In this document: piece by piece, positions 52,069 through 61,484 of the stretch
Numbering within the stretch: position 1 is the stretch's first letter
Layout of the letters: every line of letters starts with the position of its first letter
DNA from: Candidatus Heimdallarchaeum endolithica
GTDB lineage: Archaea > Asgardarchaeota > Heimdallarchaeia > Heimdallarchaeales > Heimdallarchaeaceae
Direction: 5' to 3'
Length of the DNA stretch: 64,000 nucleotides
Assembly (NCBI GenBank): GCA_021513715.1
Contig: CP084167.1
Coordinates: forward strand, 128,001 to 192,000
Notes under the pieces: generated by a model
The model's database searches: none
Told to the model about the DNA's origin: nothing
The model's input: the letters and a program-made list of their open reading frames with translations, nothing else
Translations under genes and position numbers: made by a program

Positions 52069-52856
52069 TTTATCACCTTCTCCAATTCCTCTTCTGCTTT
52101 ACTTCCGCCAAATAATTTGAGCTTTCGTAACGCTGTTTCTTTATCTACTCCTATTTCTTCTAGTTTATCAAGCATAGATTTATAGTTCGCTGCTTCATAA
52201 GGACCCCAACAGCCAACACAAGGAAGATTGTGACTAGGACAAATGGCTCCGCAACCAGCTGATACTACAGGTCCTATACAAGGAATTCCATGTAGTAAAA
52301 GACAATCATTACCTTCTAGTTTACACTCAACACAAACAGGTGCAGGATATTTTTGAGGCTTAATTCCTTTTATTAATTTAGTGTAAATTGGCAAAAGATT
52401 ATCTTTTTCTATAGGACATCCTGGAACCATGGCATCGACTTTTACAAAGTTGCACAAAGGTTGAGGAGGAATGGCTTCTCCAACAGTGAAATCTTCCTTC
52501 TTGATATTTGAGCCATATACATGTTTAAATCTCTCCTCAAAAGCTTTATCTTTTTCATTCAAATATTGAATCCCTCCAAAACATGCACAAGTTCCTAATG
52601 CAACGAGAAAAGTAGATTTTTCACGTATTTCTTTTAACTCTTCGAGCTGTTTCTTAGTATTTATACTACCTTCAACTAGTGCAATATCTACATGGTCAAC
52701 TTCTTGATGAGATTGGGCCATATGGAAGAATTTGATCTCTGCAGTAGTAAACAATGTAACTAATTCATCTTCCATATGAACTAAACGCAACTGATCACCA
52801 GCACAACCACTGAAACCAAAAACACCAACAACAGGTTTATGTTCACTTGTCCACAT
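52065..52856 (-). CDS. hydD: Sulfhydrogenase small (delta) subunit
   Basis: GCAGD, GTCACFGG, PGCP, VCVECK, CIGPV..GC..CP..C.GCWGP. Confidence 0.92.
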   Translation of the reverse strand: MWTSEHKPVVGVFGFSGCAGDQLRLVHMEDELVTLFTTAEIKFFHMAQSHQEVDHVDIALVEGSINTKKQLEELKEIREKSTFLVALGTCACFGGIQYLNEKDKAFEERFKHVYGSNIKKEDFTVGEAIPPQPLCNFVKVDAMVPGCPIEKDNLLPIYTKLIKGIKPQKYPAPVCVECKLEGNDCLLLHGIPCIGPVVSAGCGAICPSHNLPCVGCWGPYEAANYKSMLDKLEEIGVDKETALRKLKLFGGSKAEEELEKVIK

Positions 52857-52857
52857 C

Positions 52858-53718
52858 TTAAATCAACTCTACCATTCGTTCATAATCCCAGAAGTTAAAA
52901 ACTGGTCCGTCCAAGCAAGTATAAACACCATGGATTGCACAATGTCCACAATGTCCTTGACCACATTTCATTCTTCTTTCTAGCGTCATCAGTATATTTT
53001 TCTTTGAAAAATCCATTTCTAGTAATTCTTTAATAACGAATTTATACATAACTGGAGGTCCACAGATTAAAGCGTAAGCATTGTCGTTATCCACTCTTCC
53101 ATTTATTTTCTCAAATAATGTCGTTACTACTCCAACATTATGGTTCCATTCTCCAGTAGGATCTTTATCAACTGTCAAATGAGTTTCGATTATCTCTCTT
53201 GCGTGCATTGCTAAAAAGTCTTCTTTAAAAAGCATATCATCTGGCGTTCTAGCTCCATTTAGGAAGAATACATTATTATATAATTCTCTTTTATCTTCAA
53301 GATAAAGTAAAACAGATCTTAAAGGTACAGCTCCTAGTCCTCCACTCACTATAACAATGTCTTTTCCTTCCATACGTTCCATGTCAAAACCGTTTCCATA
53401 AGGTCCTCTAATGTAGACAGTATCTCCTTCTTTTTTCTTAAAAAGAGCATCAGTAAATGAACCTACTTTTCTAATTCCAAATTCTAGAAAAGCTGGTCTT
53501 GTTGGAGTCGATGATATAGAGAATGGAGCTTCTCCAACCCCTGGAATAGAGAACATAGCAAACTGTCCTGGTCTGTAATCACCAGTATGCTTTTGTATCT
53601 CAGGATCAACAAATTTCAACTTATAATACCTTGTATCGCTTGTCAAATCGCGATAATCAATTATTGTAGCTAAATGATCCTCATATGGATTTTCTAATTT
53701 TGATCTATCTGATATCAT
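52858..53718 (-). CDS. hydG: Sulfhydrogenase gamma subunit (FAD/NAD(P), 2Fe-2S)
   Basis: PGQF, GEAPFSISS, RGPYGNGF, GGLG, CGPPVM, ERRMKCGQGHCGHC. Confidence 0.92.
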   Translation of the reverse strand: MISDRSKLENPYEDHLATIIDYRDLTSDTRYYKLKFVDPEIQKHTGDYRPGQFAMFSIPGVGEAPFSISSTPTRPAFLEFGIRKVGSFTDALFKKKEGDTVYIRGPYGNGFDMERMEGKDIVIVSGGLGAVPLRSVLLYLEDKRELYNNVFFLNGARTPDDMLFKEDFLAMHAREIIETHLTVDKDPTGEWNHNVGVVTTLFEKINGRVDNDNAYALICGPPVMYKFVIKELLEMDFSKKNILMTLERRMKCGQGHCGHCAIHGVYTCLDGPVFNFWDYERMVELI

Positions 53719-54761
53719 ATTTTCTTAACCTCCCGAACACATTGAATCGCTTCGTAAAAAGCATTTGATACTGTTTTAACATTTATTCCAACTGGACAAT
53801 AAGTTACACATCTTCCGCAACCAACACAAGCTGGTTGACCCCATTTTCCAATATACTCTTTTAATTTATGAGTGTAATAGAGCTTTAGTCTCTTTGTCCT
53901 ATCAGGCCTAAAATCATGATCCCCTGCTACTACTGAATAGTAAGGTAGAGTACAACTATCTAACATTCTTTCTCTTACTACTTCATCAGCATTAATAAGT
54001 ATCTTATCTTCAACATTAAAACAGTTACATGTTGGGCATACAAGACTGCAAGTTCCGCAACTTAGACATTTTTCTCCAAATTGATTCCAAAGTTCATCTT
54101 TTTCATAAATTAAGTGAATTATATCAGGCATTAGATGGAAAGGTATAGTTGTTTTGAAAGAATTTTGTCTGTTTTCTTGCCAAGTTGTGTATTCTGCTAT
54201 ATCACACATATCTATTTTTTCACTAAACAAATCTTCTGAAGACATAATAATAAATAATCCTTTACTAGATCCTACCCATACTAAGTAGAAATCTTGTAAT
54301 TCTGTCAAAAACAAGTCAAATCCATCTGATACCATATCAGTTCCTGTTGAAGTACATAGACAATTCTCATCTGGCATACAGGAGTGTCCTACAATTACTA
54401 AGTTTTCTCTACGTTTTTTATAGTATGGATCCTTGATCTGTCCTAGGAATAATTTATCAAGAATTTTCATTGCATGAATATCACAAGGATGAGCACCAAT
54501 TACAATATTTGTCTCATTTTCTGGGATTATATCCTCTGAACCAGATTTGTCAAAATGCTTTACTTTATATCTGGGAGGAGTAACAAATTTCTTTAACCCC
54601 ATCAAGGTCCTTGTGTAGTTGAAAGTCAACTTAGACAAATCATCAATCTTTTCAAAAGAATAATGATTTTTTGACTTTACTGGACCATATAGATTCCCCT
54701 TCTCCTGCAGAAGACTTAGAAATTGAGGAAAATCTTCTTTCATTAATTTATAGGTCTTCAT
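53715..54761 (-). CDS. hydB: Sulfhydrogenase beta subunit (4Fe-4S dicluster)
   Basis: HPCD, CLSCGTCSLVCPTCNCF, CVGCGRCVTYCP. Confidence 0.92.
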   Translation of the reverse strand: MKTYKLMKEDFPQFLSLLQEKGNLYGPVKSKNHYSFEKIDDLSKLTFNYTRTLMGLKKFVTPPRYKVKHFDKSGSEDIIPENETNIVIGAHPCDIHAMKILDKLFLGQIKDPYYKKRRENLVIVGHSCMPDENCLCTSTGTDMVSDGFDLFLTELQDFYLVWVGSSKGLFIIMSSEDLFSEKIDMCDIAEYTTWQENRQNSFKTTIPFHLMPDIIHLIYEKDELWNQFGEKCLSCGTCSLVCPTCNCFNVEDKILINADEVVRERMLDSCTLPYYSVVAGDHDFRPDRTKRLKLYYTHKLKEYIGKWGQPACVGCGRCVTYCPVGINVKTVSNAFYEAIQCVREVKKI

Positions 54762-54765
54762 TTTA

Positions 54766-54798
54766 ATGTGTGAGATTCAACACATATAAAAACTTTCG
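54766..54798 (-). promoter_or_regulatory. BRE/TATA promoter of the hydrogenase operon with an imperfect palindrome
   Basis: Minus strand CGAAAG-TTTTTATA about 25 nt upstream of the ATG; ATGTGT..ACACAT arms at 54766-54785. Confidence 0.55.
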
Positions 54799-55017
54799 CC
54801 CTAGGTTTTGTAGTGCAAGAATATTACACATATAGTTTTGAATTATCATTCAAATTAGTAAATAATTTTAAAAGAAAAATTTTTAGCTTTTTGCAATAAA
54901 TCGGCCTATAAGATCATTCTAATTATTTAATCTTAATACAGTGAAAAAAAGAAAATGAATTTATTTTTTTTATACTGAGCAATAGTTATAAAAATATGTT
55001 AATAAACAAAAGATTGA

Positions 55018-56013
55018 ATGATTAAAGTATTAGTTACTGGAGCCTCAGGGTGTATAGGACAAGGAGTATTAGGATATCTTAGCAAAAATACAGACTATGA
55101 ACTATTTGGACTGGTTAGAAGACCAATAAAGAATTTGATTAAAGGAGTTACATATCTAATCTGTGATTTAACAGACTATGAAAGTTTAGATGTTTTAATT
55201 AAAGAAACAGGAATTACAGATATTTATCACTTTGCTGCTGCAGTTAATAATGAACATAAAGAACTCTATGAAAAGGTAAATGTTCAAGGAACAATAAATT
55301 TGATTGAAGCTGCCAAAAAAAATAATGTAAAAAGATTCTTCTATACTAGCAGTGCTGCAGTTTATGGAATATTTAAGGAGTGTCCTGTTACAGAGAAACA
55401 TCCTGTTAATCCCATTGGATACTATGCTAAATCGAAAGCAAAAGCTGAAGAATATATTAAGCAATTATGTGAAGAAGCAAAGATCAAAGGAGCAATTATT
55501 AGAATTCCTTTAGTTCTTGGCAAAGGCAGTAGGCATTTTTATACCTTTGCTCGCAAATTAATCAAAAGAAATCTTTTTCCAATTATGGGAAAGAGAAATC
55601 ATAAAATTGGAACAATTCATGCTTACGACGTTGCCAGAGCAATACTTGTCGCTACTGAAAATAGTAATAATAAAATAGAAATATATAATGTTTCAAGTTA
55701 TGATGCTGAATTTGAGGAACTTATTAGAAAAATAGAACTAATAGCTTTTAATAAACAAAGATTTAAACTGAGATTACCTTATACTATACTATTATTCAGT
55801 GCAATAATTTTTGAGAAAATTTCTAGAATAATTAACCCCCATAGAGAACCTCTCTTTAATAGAGAATACGCTCAAATGATAGGAAAATGCTGGACACTTT
55901 CAAATGAAAAAATAATGAAAATTGGTTATAAACCGATGATGTCATTAGAAGATATGATAAAAGACTCAGAAAGAGATTATATTAACATAAAAAAAGGAAA
56001 AAGAAAAAAATGA
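55018..56013 (+). CDS. NAD-dependent epimerase/dehydratase (extended SDR)
   Basis: TGASGCIG, HFAA, SSAAVYG, YAKSK. Confidence 0.92.
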   Translation: MIKVLVTGASGCIGQGVLGYLSKNTDYELFGLVRRPIKNLIKGVTYLICDLTDYESLDVLIKETGITDIYHFAAAVNNEHKELYEKVNVQGTINLIEAAKKNNVKRFFYTSSAAVYGIFKECPVTEKHPVNPIGYYAKSKAKAEEYIKQLCEEAKIKGAIIRIPLVLGKGSRHFYTFARKLIKRNLFPIMGKRNHKIGTIHAYDVARAILVATENSNNKIEIYNVSSYDAEFEELIRKIELIAFNKQRFKLRLPYTILLFSAIIFEKISRIINPHREPLFNREYAQMIGKCWTLSNEKIMKIGYKPMMSLEDMIKDSERDYINIKKGKRKK

Positions 56014-56039
56014 AATAGAGCAAATATACAAAAGTATAG

Positions 56040-56984
56040 TTATTTTTTTCTATTTTTTATAAAATCTATCAGATTTAGAATGATCGTAGGGTCTGATAGT
56101 GTAAATATCTCACTTAGTTCTCTTTCACCATCTAACCTTGCTACATTAAGTTCTATAGAGTCATCTTCTGTAAGAACATAACTGGCTAGAGAAGTGAGAG
56201 GGCGTGCATAAACGTCTTTTCCTGGAATTTTGATAAAAAATCTTTCAGGAGAGAGCCATATTGTGCCATATTGTCCAAAAACATAGCCAGAAGAAGTCAA
56301 AACAGAATCAATATATAAAATAGGTTCACCCATACTAATTTCATACATCTCTTCTGTTATATGCCGATTTGAGGGAGATAAAGCTAGTAACGTGTCAATC
56401 ATTCTAGAAAAAATTTGGTCTTCAATTTTAATGTATTGTACTCCATGATCCTTTTCTATTAATAAAATTGTATATTTATCGCCTACTGCTATTAACGAAT
56501 TTGAAGGACCCCCTACCTTGAAGTAATTATGTATTTTTCTCTCGAAAAACTTTTTGAATAAATTGTCACTCATATCAAAAATGTACAAATAATCTGTTGC
56601 TTGTAGTTTTCCTGAAAAGTTACCTTTAGTTACAAAACCGTACTTACTCTCTGCTCCTGCACTGTTATAAATCTCATTCAAGTAATCTGCTAATTCAGCA
56701 AAATTTTCTAGAAACTTTAAAAACTGCTCCTTTGGTTTTTCTACTATAAAAGATGCAGGTGTAACATCCTCTATTTTAGTTATAAAACCTCGTTCATAAA
56801 GGTCATCTAAAACACCATATATTTTGGCTTGAGGTATCTCTGCTTTTTTAGCTATTTCTGAGGCAGTTCCTTTTCCTAGTCTTACCAGAGCTAAGTAAGC
56901 TTTAGCGCTATACTGTGAAAATCCTAGTTGTTGTAATCTTCTTATATTTTTTTCCAACTGCTCTCTCTTTGACAATTGTCTCAC
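56040..56984 (-). CDS. TrmB-family regulator with an atypical C-terminal domain
   Basis: LGFSQYSAKAYLAL..TASEIAKKAEIPQAKIYGVLDDLYERGFI. Confidence 0.85.
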   Translation of the reverse strand: MRQLSKREQLEKNIRRLQQLGFSQYSAKAYLALVRLGKGTASEIAKKAEIPQAKIYGVLDDLYERGFITKIEDVTPASFIVEKPKEQFLKFLENFAELADYLNEIYNSAGAESKYGFVTKGNFSGKLQATDYLYIFDMSDNLFKKFFERKIHNYFKVGGPSNSLIAVGDKYTILLIEKDHGVQYIKIEDQIFSRMIDTLLALSPSNRHITEEMYEISMGEPILYIDSVLTSSGYVFGQYGTIWLSPERFFIKIPGKDVYARPLTSLASYVLTEDDSIELNVARLDGERELSEIFTLSDPTIILNLIDFIKNRKK

Positions 56985-57101
56985 TTACATGTCTTTTCAC
57001 ACTTGATTGTATATAAATATTACTACTTGAGTAGTAAAAAATCGTAATTAAATGGATAAGTTTATAAATAGGCCAATACTACTACTATAGTAGTAAAAGA
57101 A

Positions 57102-58520
57102 GTGATAGAAATGGGAAATCATGCGAAATATTTGAACGGACTAGCAGTAACATCAATTGTGTTCATTGCAATTGCAACAATTCCTCTAGGAATTGTAGCT
57201 ACAGTAGGAGGATTAAATTCAAATTATAATGAAAGTACAATAACTCTTGATCCTGGAAATTACACTATTCTTAAGTTAGATAGGTCATATTACCATTTTA
57301 TTCAATACTATGTAAATGCTGGCGAAGATGTAAAGGTAACAACGTATCATATAGAAAATTATGTAGAAGACGTATACAACGAAATAGATTTGTATAATAT
57401 GTCTAAAAATGATAAACATAACGAAATAATTTTTGGTAATGATGAAAATAATGCAGCTATATATTTAATAAATAACAATAATTTCTCAATCTCTGTTTAC
57501 TATATAATCGTGAGCATACCAAGAGCTTTTGTTATTTCAGCTTTTGTTTTTGGTGTAATAGATGGATTTTTCTTATTGTTGCTAACTCTTCATACACTTG
57601 GATATATTATTAAAAATTTATTAATAGTCCCTATTACTGGAGGATATTCAAAATATGATGAACGAAAGAGCTATGATAAAAAAGTTAGATATGAAAGTTA
57701 TTATTATCCAAAGGCGAGTAAGCAAAGCCCAAAAGAGAAAGGAAAACCATCTAGCACATCAATTTCTATGACTGAAAGCAATTATGATAACGACAGAATA
57801 AAAACTTCAACAGGAACTACTGTAACTGCTTCAGTTGAAACTAAAAGAAGATACATTCCTGCAATAGCAAATATCTCAGAGAATTTTGTTGTAGCAAGAT
57901 CACCTAAAACTTATAATAACAAACACAGATTTGTAAACACTTTTCGTTATTATTATGATCAAACAGACATAAACGAACGAGTTCTTATACTATTTGCAAC
58001 TTTCTTCTTCTTGATTGGTTGTTTCACAGGTACTTTTTGGAATATCTTTGCTATGCCCATTATAATAGGTATAATTACAGCAATTGTATTTTATAATTCA
58101 AGAAACAGAAGAGAAAAAATAGTTCAACTAGTACAAGCTTATGGAGCAATATATGTTCGAGATCTTGCAAAAATGGTTAATGCCCCATATAAGATAGTTC
58201 AACGTGATGTCTGGAAGATTATCAACTTGGGACTTGCAAATATAGCATATGATATAAAAAACGATATTATTTTTATTCCTGGAATACAAAATTCAGAGCA
58301 AGCTAAAAAAGCAAAGCATGAATACTCTACAAGAAGAGCGACTTTTCCAACACATCAACCTTTATCAACCAGCAAGCAATCAACTGAATTTGACAAAATT
58401 CTTTCTGTATCTTCCTCTGTTGATGATAAAGAAATAATTTGCCCCTTCTGTGAGGCAAAAAACCCTGGAGACAGTTCATTTTGTATAAAATGTGGTGCTT
58501 CACTAAAACCTGCTAAATAA
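57102..58520 (+). CDS. Membrane protein with cytoplasmic wHTH/PCI-like segment and C-terminal zinc ribbon
   Basis: Several TM helices; YGAIYVRDLAK; CPFC..N....FCIKCG. Confidence 0.7.
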   Translation: MIEMGNHAKYLNGLAVTSIVFIAIATIPLGIVATVGGLNSNYNESTITLDPGNYTILKLDRSYYHFIQYYVNAGEDVKVTTYHIENYVEDVYNEIDLYNMSKNDKHNEIIFGNDENNAAIYLINNNNFSISVYYIIVSIPRAFVISAFVFGVIDGFFLLLLTLHTLGYIIKNLLIVPITGGYSKYDERKSYDKKVRYESYYYPKASKQSPKEKGKPSSTSISMTESNYDNDRIKTSTGTTVTASVETKRRYIPAIANISENFVVARSPKTYNNKHRFVNTFRYYYDQTDINERVLILFATFFFLIGCFTGTFWNIFAMPIIIGIITAIVFYNSRNRREKIVQLVQAYGAIYVRDLAKMVNAPYKIVQRDVWKIINLGLANIAYDIKNDIIFIPGIQNSEQAKKAKHEYSTRRATFPTHQPLSTSKQSTEFDKILSVSSSVDDKEIICPFCEAKNPGDSSFCIKCGASLKPAK

Positions 58521-58591
58521 TATTTACAATCTTTCCTCTTTTTCCTCTTTTTTTCTTTTTTTATCTTTCTTCTTCTTTAGAAGGAATCTAG

Positions 58592-60439
58592 TTATCTTAT
58601 ATGTTCTCCTGGGCATTCTACTTTATCAATTTCATCATAGTTTCCTATAGTTTTTTGAATAAAACAACTATCTACTAGTTCTCCTTTTAAGTTATAAAAT
58701 CTCCACCACATATGATCTTTTAATTTAGAAATAATTTTTTCATTAACAAAAGATCTTAATTTATCTTGATCTGTAAATATTTCTTTATTTTTTCTTTTTT
58801 CTTTTTTAGTAAAATAATAATAAAGTTTGATATTTTTTACTGCTCTTTTTCGAACCTCCTCAATTAACATATCAAACTCTCTTCTCTGTTCTTCATTTTT
58901 CTTATTTTCTTTTGGTGGAATATAAATAACTGCATATCCTCTTGCCTTTTCTCCTTCTTCATCTCTATCTATTTTATAATCTACAATGTTTCTTAAGAAA
59001 TCAAAATAGTTTATTGGAGTCTTTCCAGATAGTCCTATACAACAATAATGAGTTTTGTCCACTTCTGATCTTTGATACATGTGATCATGCCCAAATACTG
59101 CTAGATTAATATCATATGAGCTAAATAGAGGAATTAAGCTTCTATTTGCTAGAGCATCAGAGGATTTTCCTTGTGTTCTCCCAAAGTAACCTATTGTTAG
59201 AATTGCTGAATGTAGAAAAACCATACAAAATTCTGGTTCTTCATCATTTTTCTTCTGATTTTTTCTCCACTCTCTAAGTTGATATTTTATCCATTCATAT
59301 TGTCTACTTCCACAATATATTGATTCATTTCCCCAATTCAATCCCATTGAGTCTAGGTGAATAATTTTTACATTCCCATTCATATGGGTATAAAAGGCTC
59401 CATGAGGATTAGTTCTTGGAATGTGAAAGAGTGAATGGAAGCTTTTTTGAGTTTTTTTCCAACAAGAAAGATAAGTTCCTCTAAATATCCCTCCAAATAG
59501 ATAATCATGGTTTCCTATAGTGGGATAAATAGGAATTCTAGATAGAACTTTTGAGCTACAATCAAAGAAATCTTCCCAATATTCATGATAAGAACCATTA
59601 TCTATATTGTCTCCAGAAGTCAAAAAAGCGTTGTAACCATGATTAAAACTATATATATTCTCATTTTCTGTAATATCATTCATTAATTCTTTCAGATGTT
59701 TATTGTTTCGTGGAAATAAGCCCCATACTCTTCCTCTTTTAAATTTAGCTCCTGCACCTGCATGTAAATCTGATGCTGCAACAAAGAAAAAAGGTTCATA
59801 GGGACTATTTTTATAGGTTTTAAACGACAATAAATCTGTTCCACAGATAATCCTATTAATATCAGAATAACAGACTATTTGATAAAAATATACTTGATTT
59901 TCTTTTAATTTTGGAAGGAAACACAAAAAAATTTGAGGAGCTAAAGAAACAGGATGCCCTTGAAAGCTTGAAGAATGTAAAAAAGGTACTTCTGCGATCT
60001 TTACTTTTTTTTCATTATAAAGAGAAAAAATTACTTTTCCTTTAGGCTTACTCTGTGAAGGATATTTTTTGTTTATTAAAACTACTTTTTTAGCAAGATT
60101 TTTTCCTAGATATCCATAATCAACTGCTAAAACAAACAAATGGTCAGTTGGCTCAAGAGTTGGTTTTTGGATCATTACTTTGTTTAACAAATAAGGAATA
60201 TCTTTTTCACTTATTGGTTCTCCTTCCATTTCTTCATAAGAAACAGCTGGAAAAAGAGAGAGATCCAATAAGGGAATATTTTCTTCTTGTGTAATTCTTC
60301 TTGCTGATTCTTTTAAACTAGAATATTCTGTTATTTTTTGACGATAGACCCACGAGTCAATCTTATCTTCAGGAGGAATAATTTCTTGCTTAACCATTTT
60401 CAGTCTTAGAGAACATTCATTAATTAAAAATTTTGTCAA
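58592..60439 (-). CDS. Purple acid phosphatase-like metallophosphoesterase
   Basis: SDLH, GDNIDNG, GNHDY, GHDHMYQR. Confidence 0.88.
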   Translation of the reverse strand: MTKFLINECSLRLKMVKQEIIPPEDKIDSWVYRQKITEYSSLKESARRITQEENIPLLDLSLFPAVSYEEMEGEPISEKDIPYLLNKVMIQKPTLEPTDHLFVLAVDYGYLGKNLAKKVVLINKKYPSQSKPKGKVIFSLYNEKKVKIAEVPFLHSSSFQGHPVSLAPQIFLCFLPKLKENQVYFYQIVCYSDINRIICGTDLLSFKTYKNSPYEPFFFVAASDLHAGAGAKFKRGRVWGLFPRNNKHLKELMNDITENENIYSFNHGYNAFLTSGDNIDNGSYHEYWEDFFDCSSKVLSRIPIYPTIGNHDYLFGGIFRGTYLSCWKKTQKSFHSLFHIPRTNPHGAFYTHMNGNVKIIHLDSMGLNWGNESIYCGSRQYEWIKYQLREWRKNQKKNDEEPEFCMVFLHSAILTIGYFGRTQGKSSDALANRSLIPLFSSYDINLAVFGHDHMYQRSEVDKTHYCCIGLSGKTPINYFDFLRNIVDYKIDRDEEGEKARGYAVIYIPPKENKKNEEQRREFDMLIEEVRKRAVKNIKLYYYFTKKEKRKNKEIFTDQDKLRSFVNEKIISKLKDHMWWRFYNLKGELVDSCFIQKTIGNYDEIDKVECPGEHIR

Positions 60440-60471
60440 TTAAAAACTCAAATTAAAAAAAATAAAGGATG

Positions 60472-61473
60472 TTAATGAACAACTCTTGTAAGTTTAGTTC
60501 CACAACGAGGACAAGAATAGGTGTTTGGAGGTATTTCCAATCCACAACTTGGACAGAACTTTATTTTTGGCCCCTCTCTTCTTTCTGGGGATTTAATAGG
60601 TTTAAGTAAAAGACCTTGTTCTGTAACTTGCCAAGAAAAAAGAAAGACCCCACCTAACTGTCTCATTGCTTCTTCAGGAATACTTAATCTTCCTTGATTA
60701 TCAGGAACAAGTAATCTAGTTTGGTCTAGATTTTCTAAATCGAATCCCATTCCATGTTCTCCAATAATTATCCCATCCCTAATTTCTAGTGACCTATTTG
60801 AGAAATCAGCTACAATAGGGTCATGAGAGCAGATAAGATAACTTGTTCCAAATTCATTAGAGAGTTCTGTAAACAATTCTAAAATTTGTACTGAGGTTTC
60901 AGCATCTACAGCGCCTGTTGGTTCATCTGCAAGTATTATCTCTGGGTTGTTAGCTAAAGCTCTAGCAATAGCTACTCTTTGCCTTTCTCCTCCAGAAAGT
61001 TTTGTAGGAATATGATGTCTTCTATGATAAATACCCAATCTTTGCATAAGTTCTTTTGATTTTCTTTTTATTTCTAAATAAGGAGTATTTAAGAGTTTCA
61101 TTGGCATTTCAATATTTTTCTCTGCACTTAGATGTGGTAAAAGGTTTTGTTCTTGAAAAACATAACCTATCTTCTTTCTTCTAAACTCAAAAAGAAACTT
61201 TTCTGGTAATTTAGTTATATCTGTTCCATCGCTAAATATTATTTGACCTGCTGATGGTTTTAACATTCCACCTAAGCTTAGAAGCAATGTTGATTTTCCT
61301 GCTCCTGAAGGTCCAATGATCGAAAGTATCTCTCCTTTTTTAATGTCAAAACTTACTCCTCTTAGAGCCACTACTTTATTTTCTAGTTCAGTCCCATATA
61401 CATGATAAAGGTCTAAACACTGTAAAGCAAGATCCTCAGGTAGTTCTTTTTTTTCTGTAATTCCTGTATACAT
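60472..61473 (-). CDS. LolD/MacB-type ABC ATPase with C-terminal AbrB-like segment and zinc ribbon
   Basis: GPSGAGKST, LSGGERQR, ADEPTG; DNQGRLSIP; CPSCG..CPRCG. Confidence 0.92.
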   Translation of the reverse strand: MYTGITEKKELPEDLALQCLDLYHVYGTELENKVVALRGVSFDIKKGEILSIIGPSGAGKSTLLLSLGGMLKPSAGQIIFSDGTDITKLPEKFLFEFRRKKIGYVFQEQNLLPHLSAEKNIEMPMKLLNTPYLEIKRKSKELMQRLGIYHRRHHIPTKLSGGERQRVAIARALANNPEIILADEPTGAVDAETSVQILELFTELSNEFGTSYLICSHDPIVADFSNRSLEIRDGIIIGEHGMGFDLENLDQTRLLVPDNQGRLSIPEEAMRQLGGVFLFSWQVTEQGLLLKPIKSPERREGPKIKFCPSCGLEIPPNTYSCPRCGTKLTRVVH

Positions 61474-61484
61474 TTTTTAATCAC

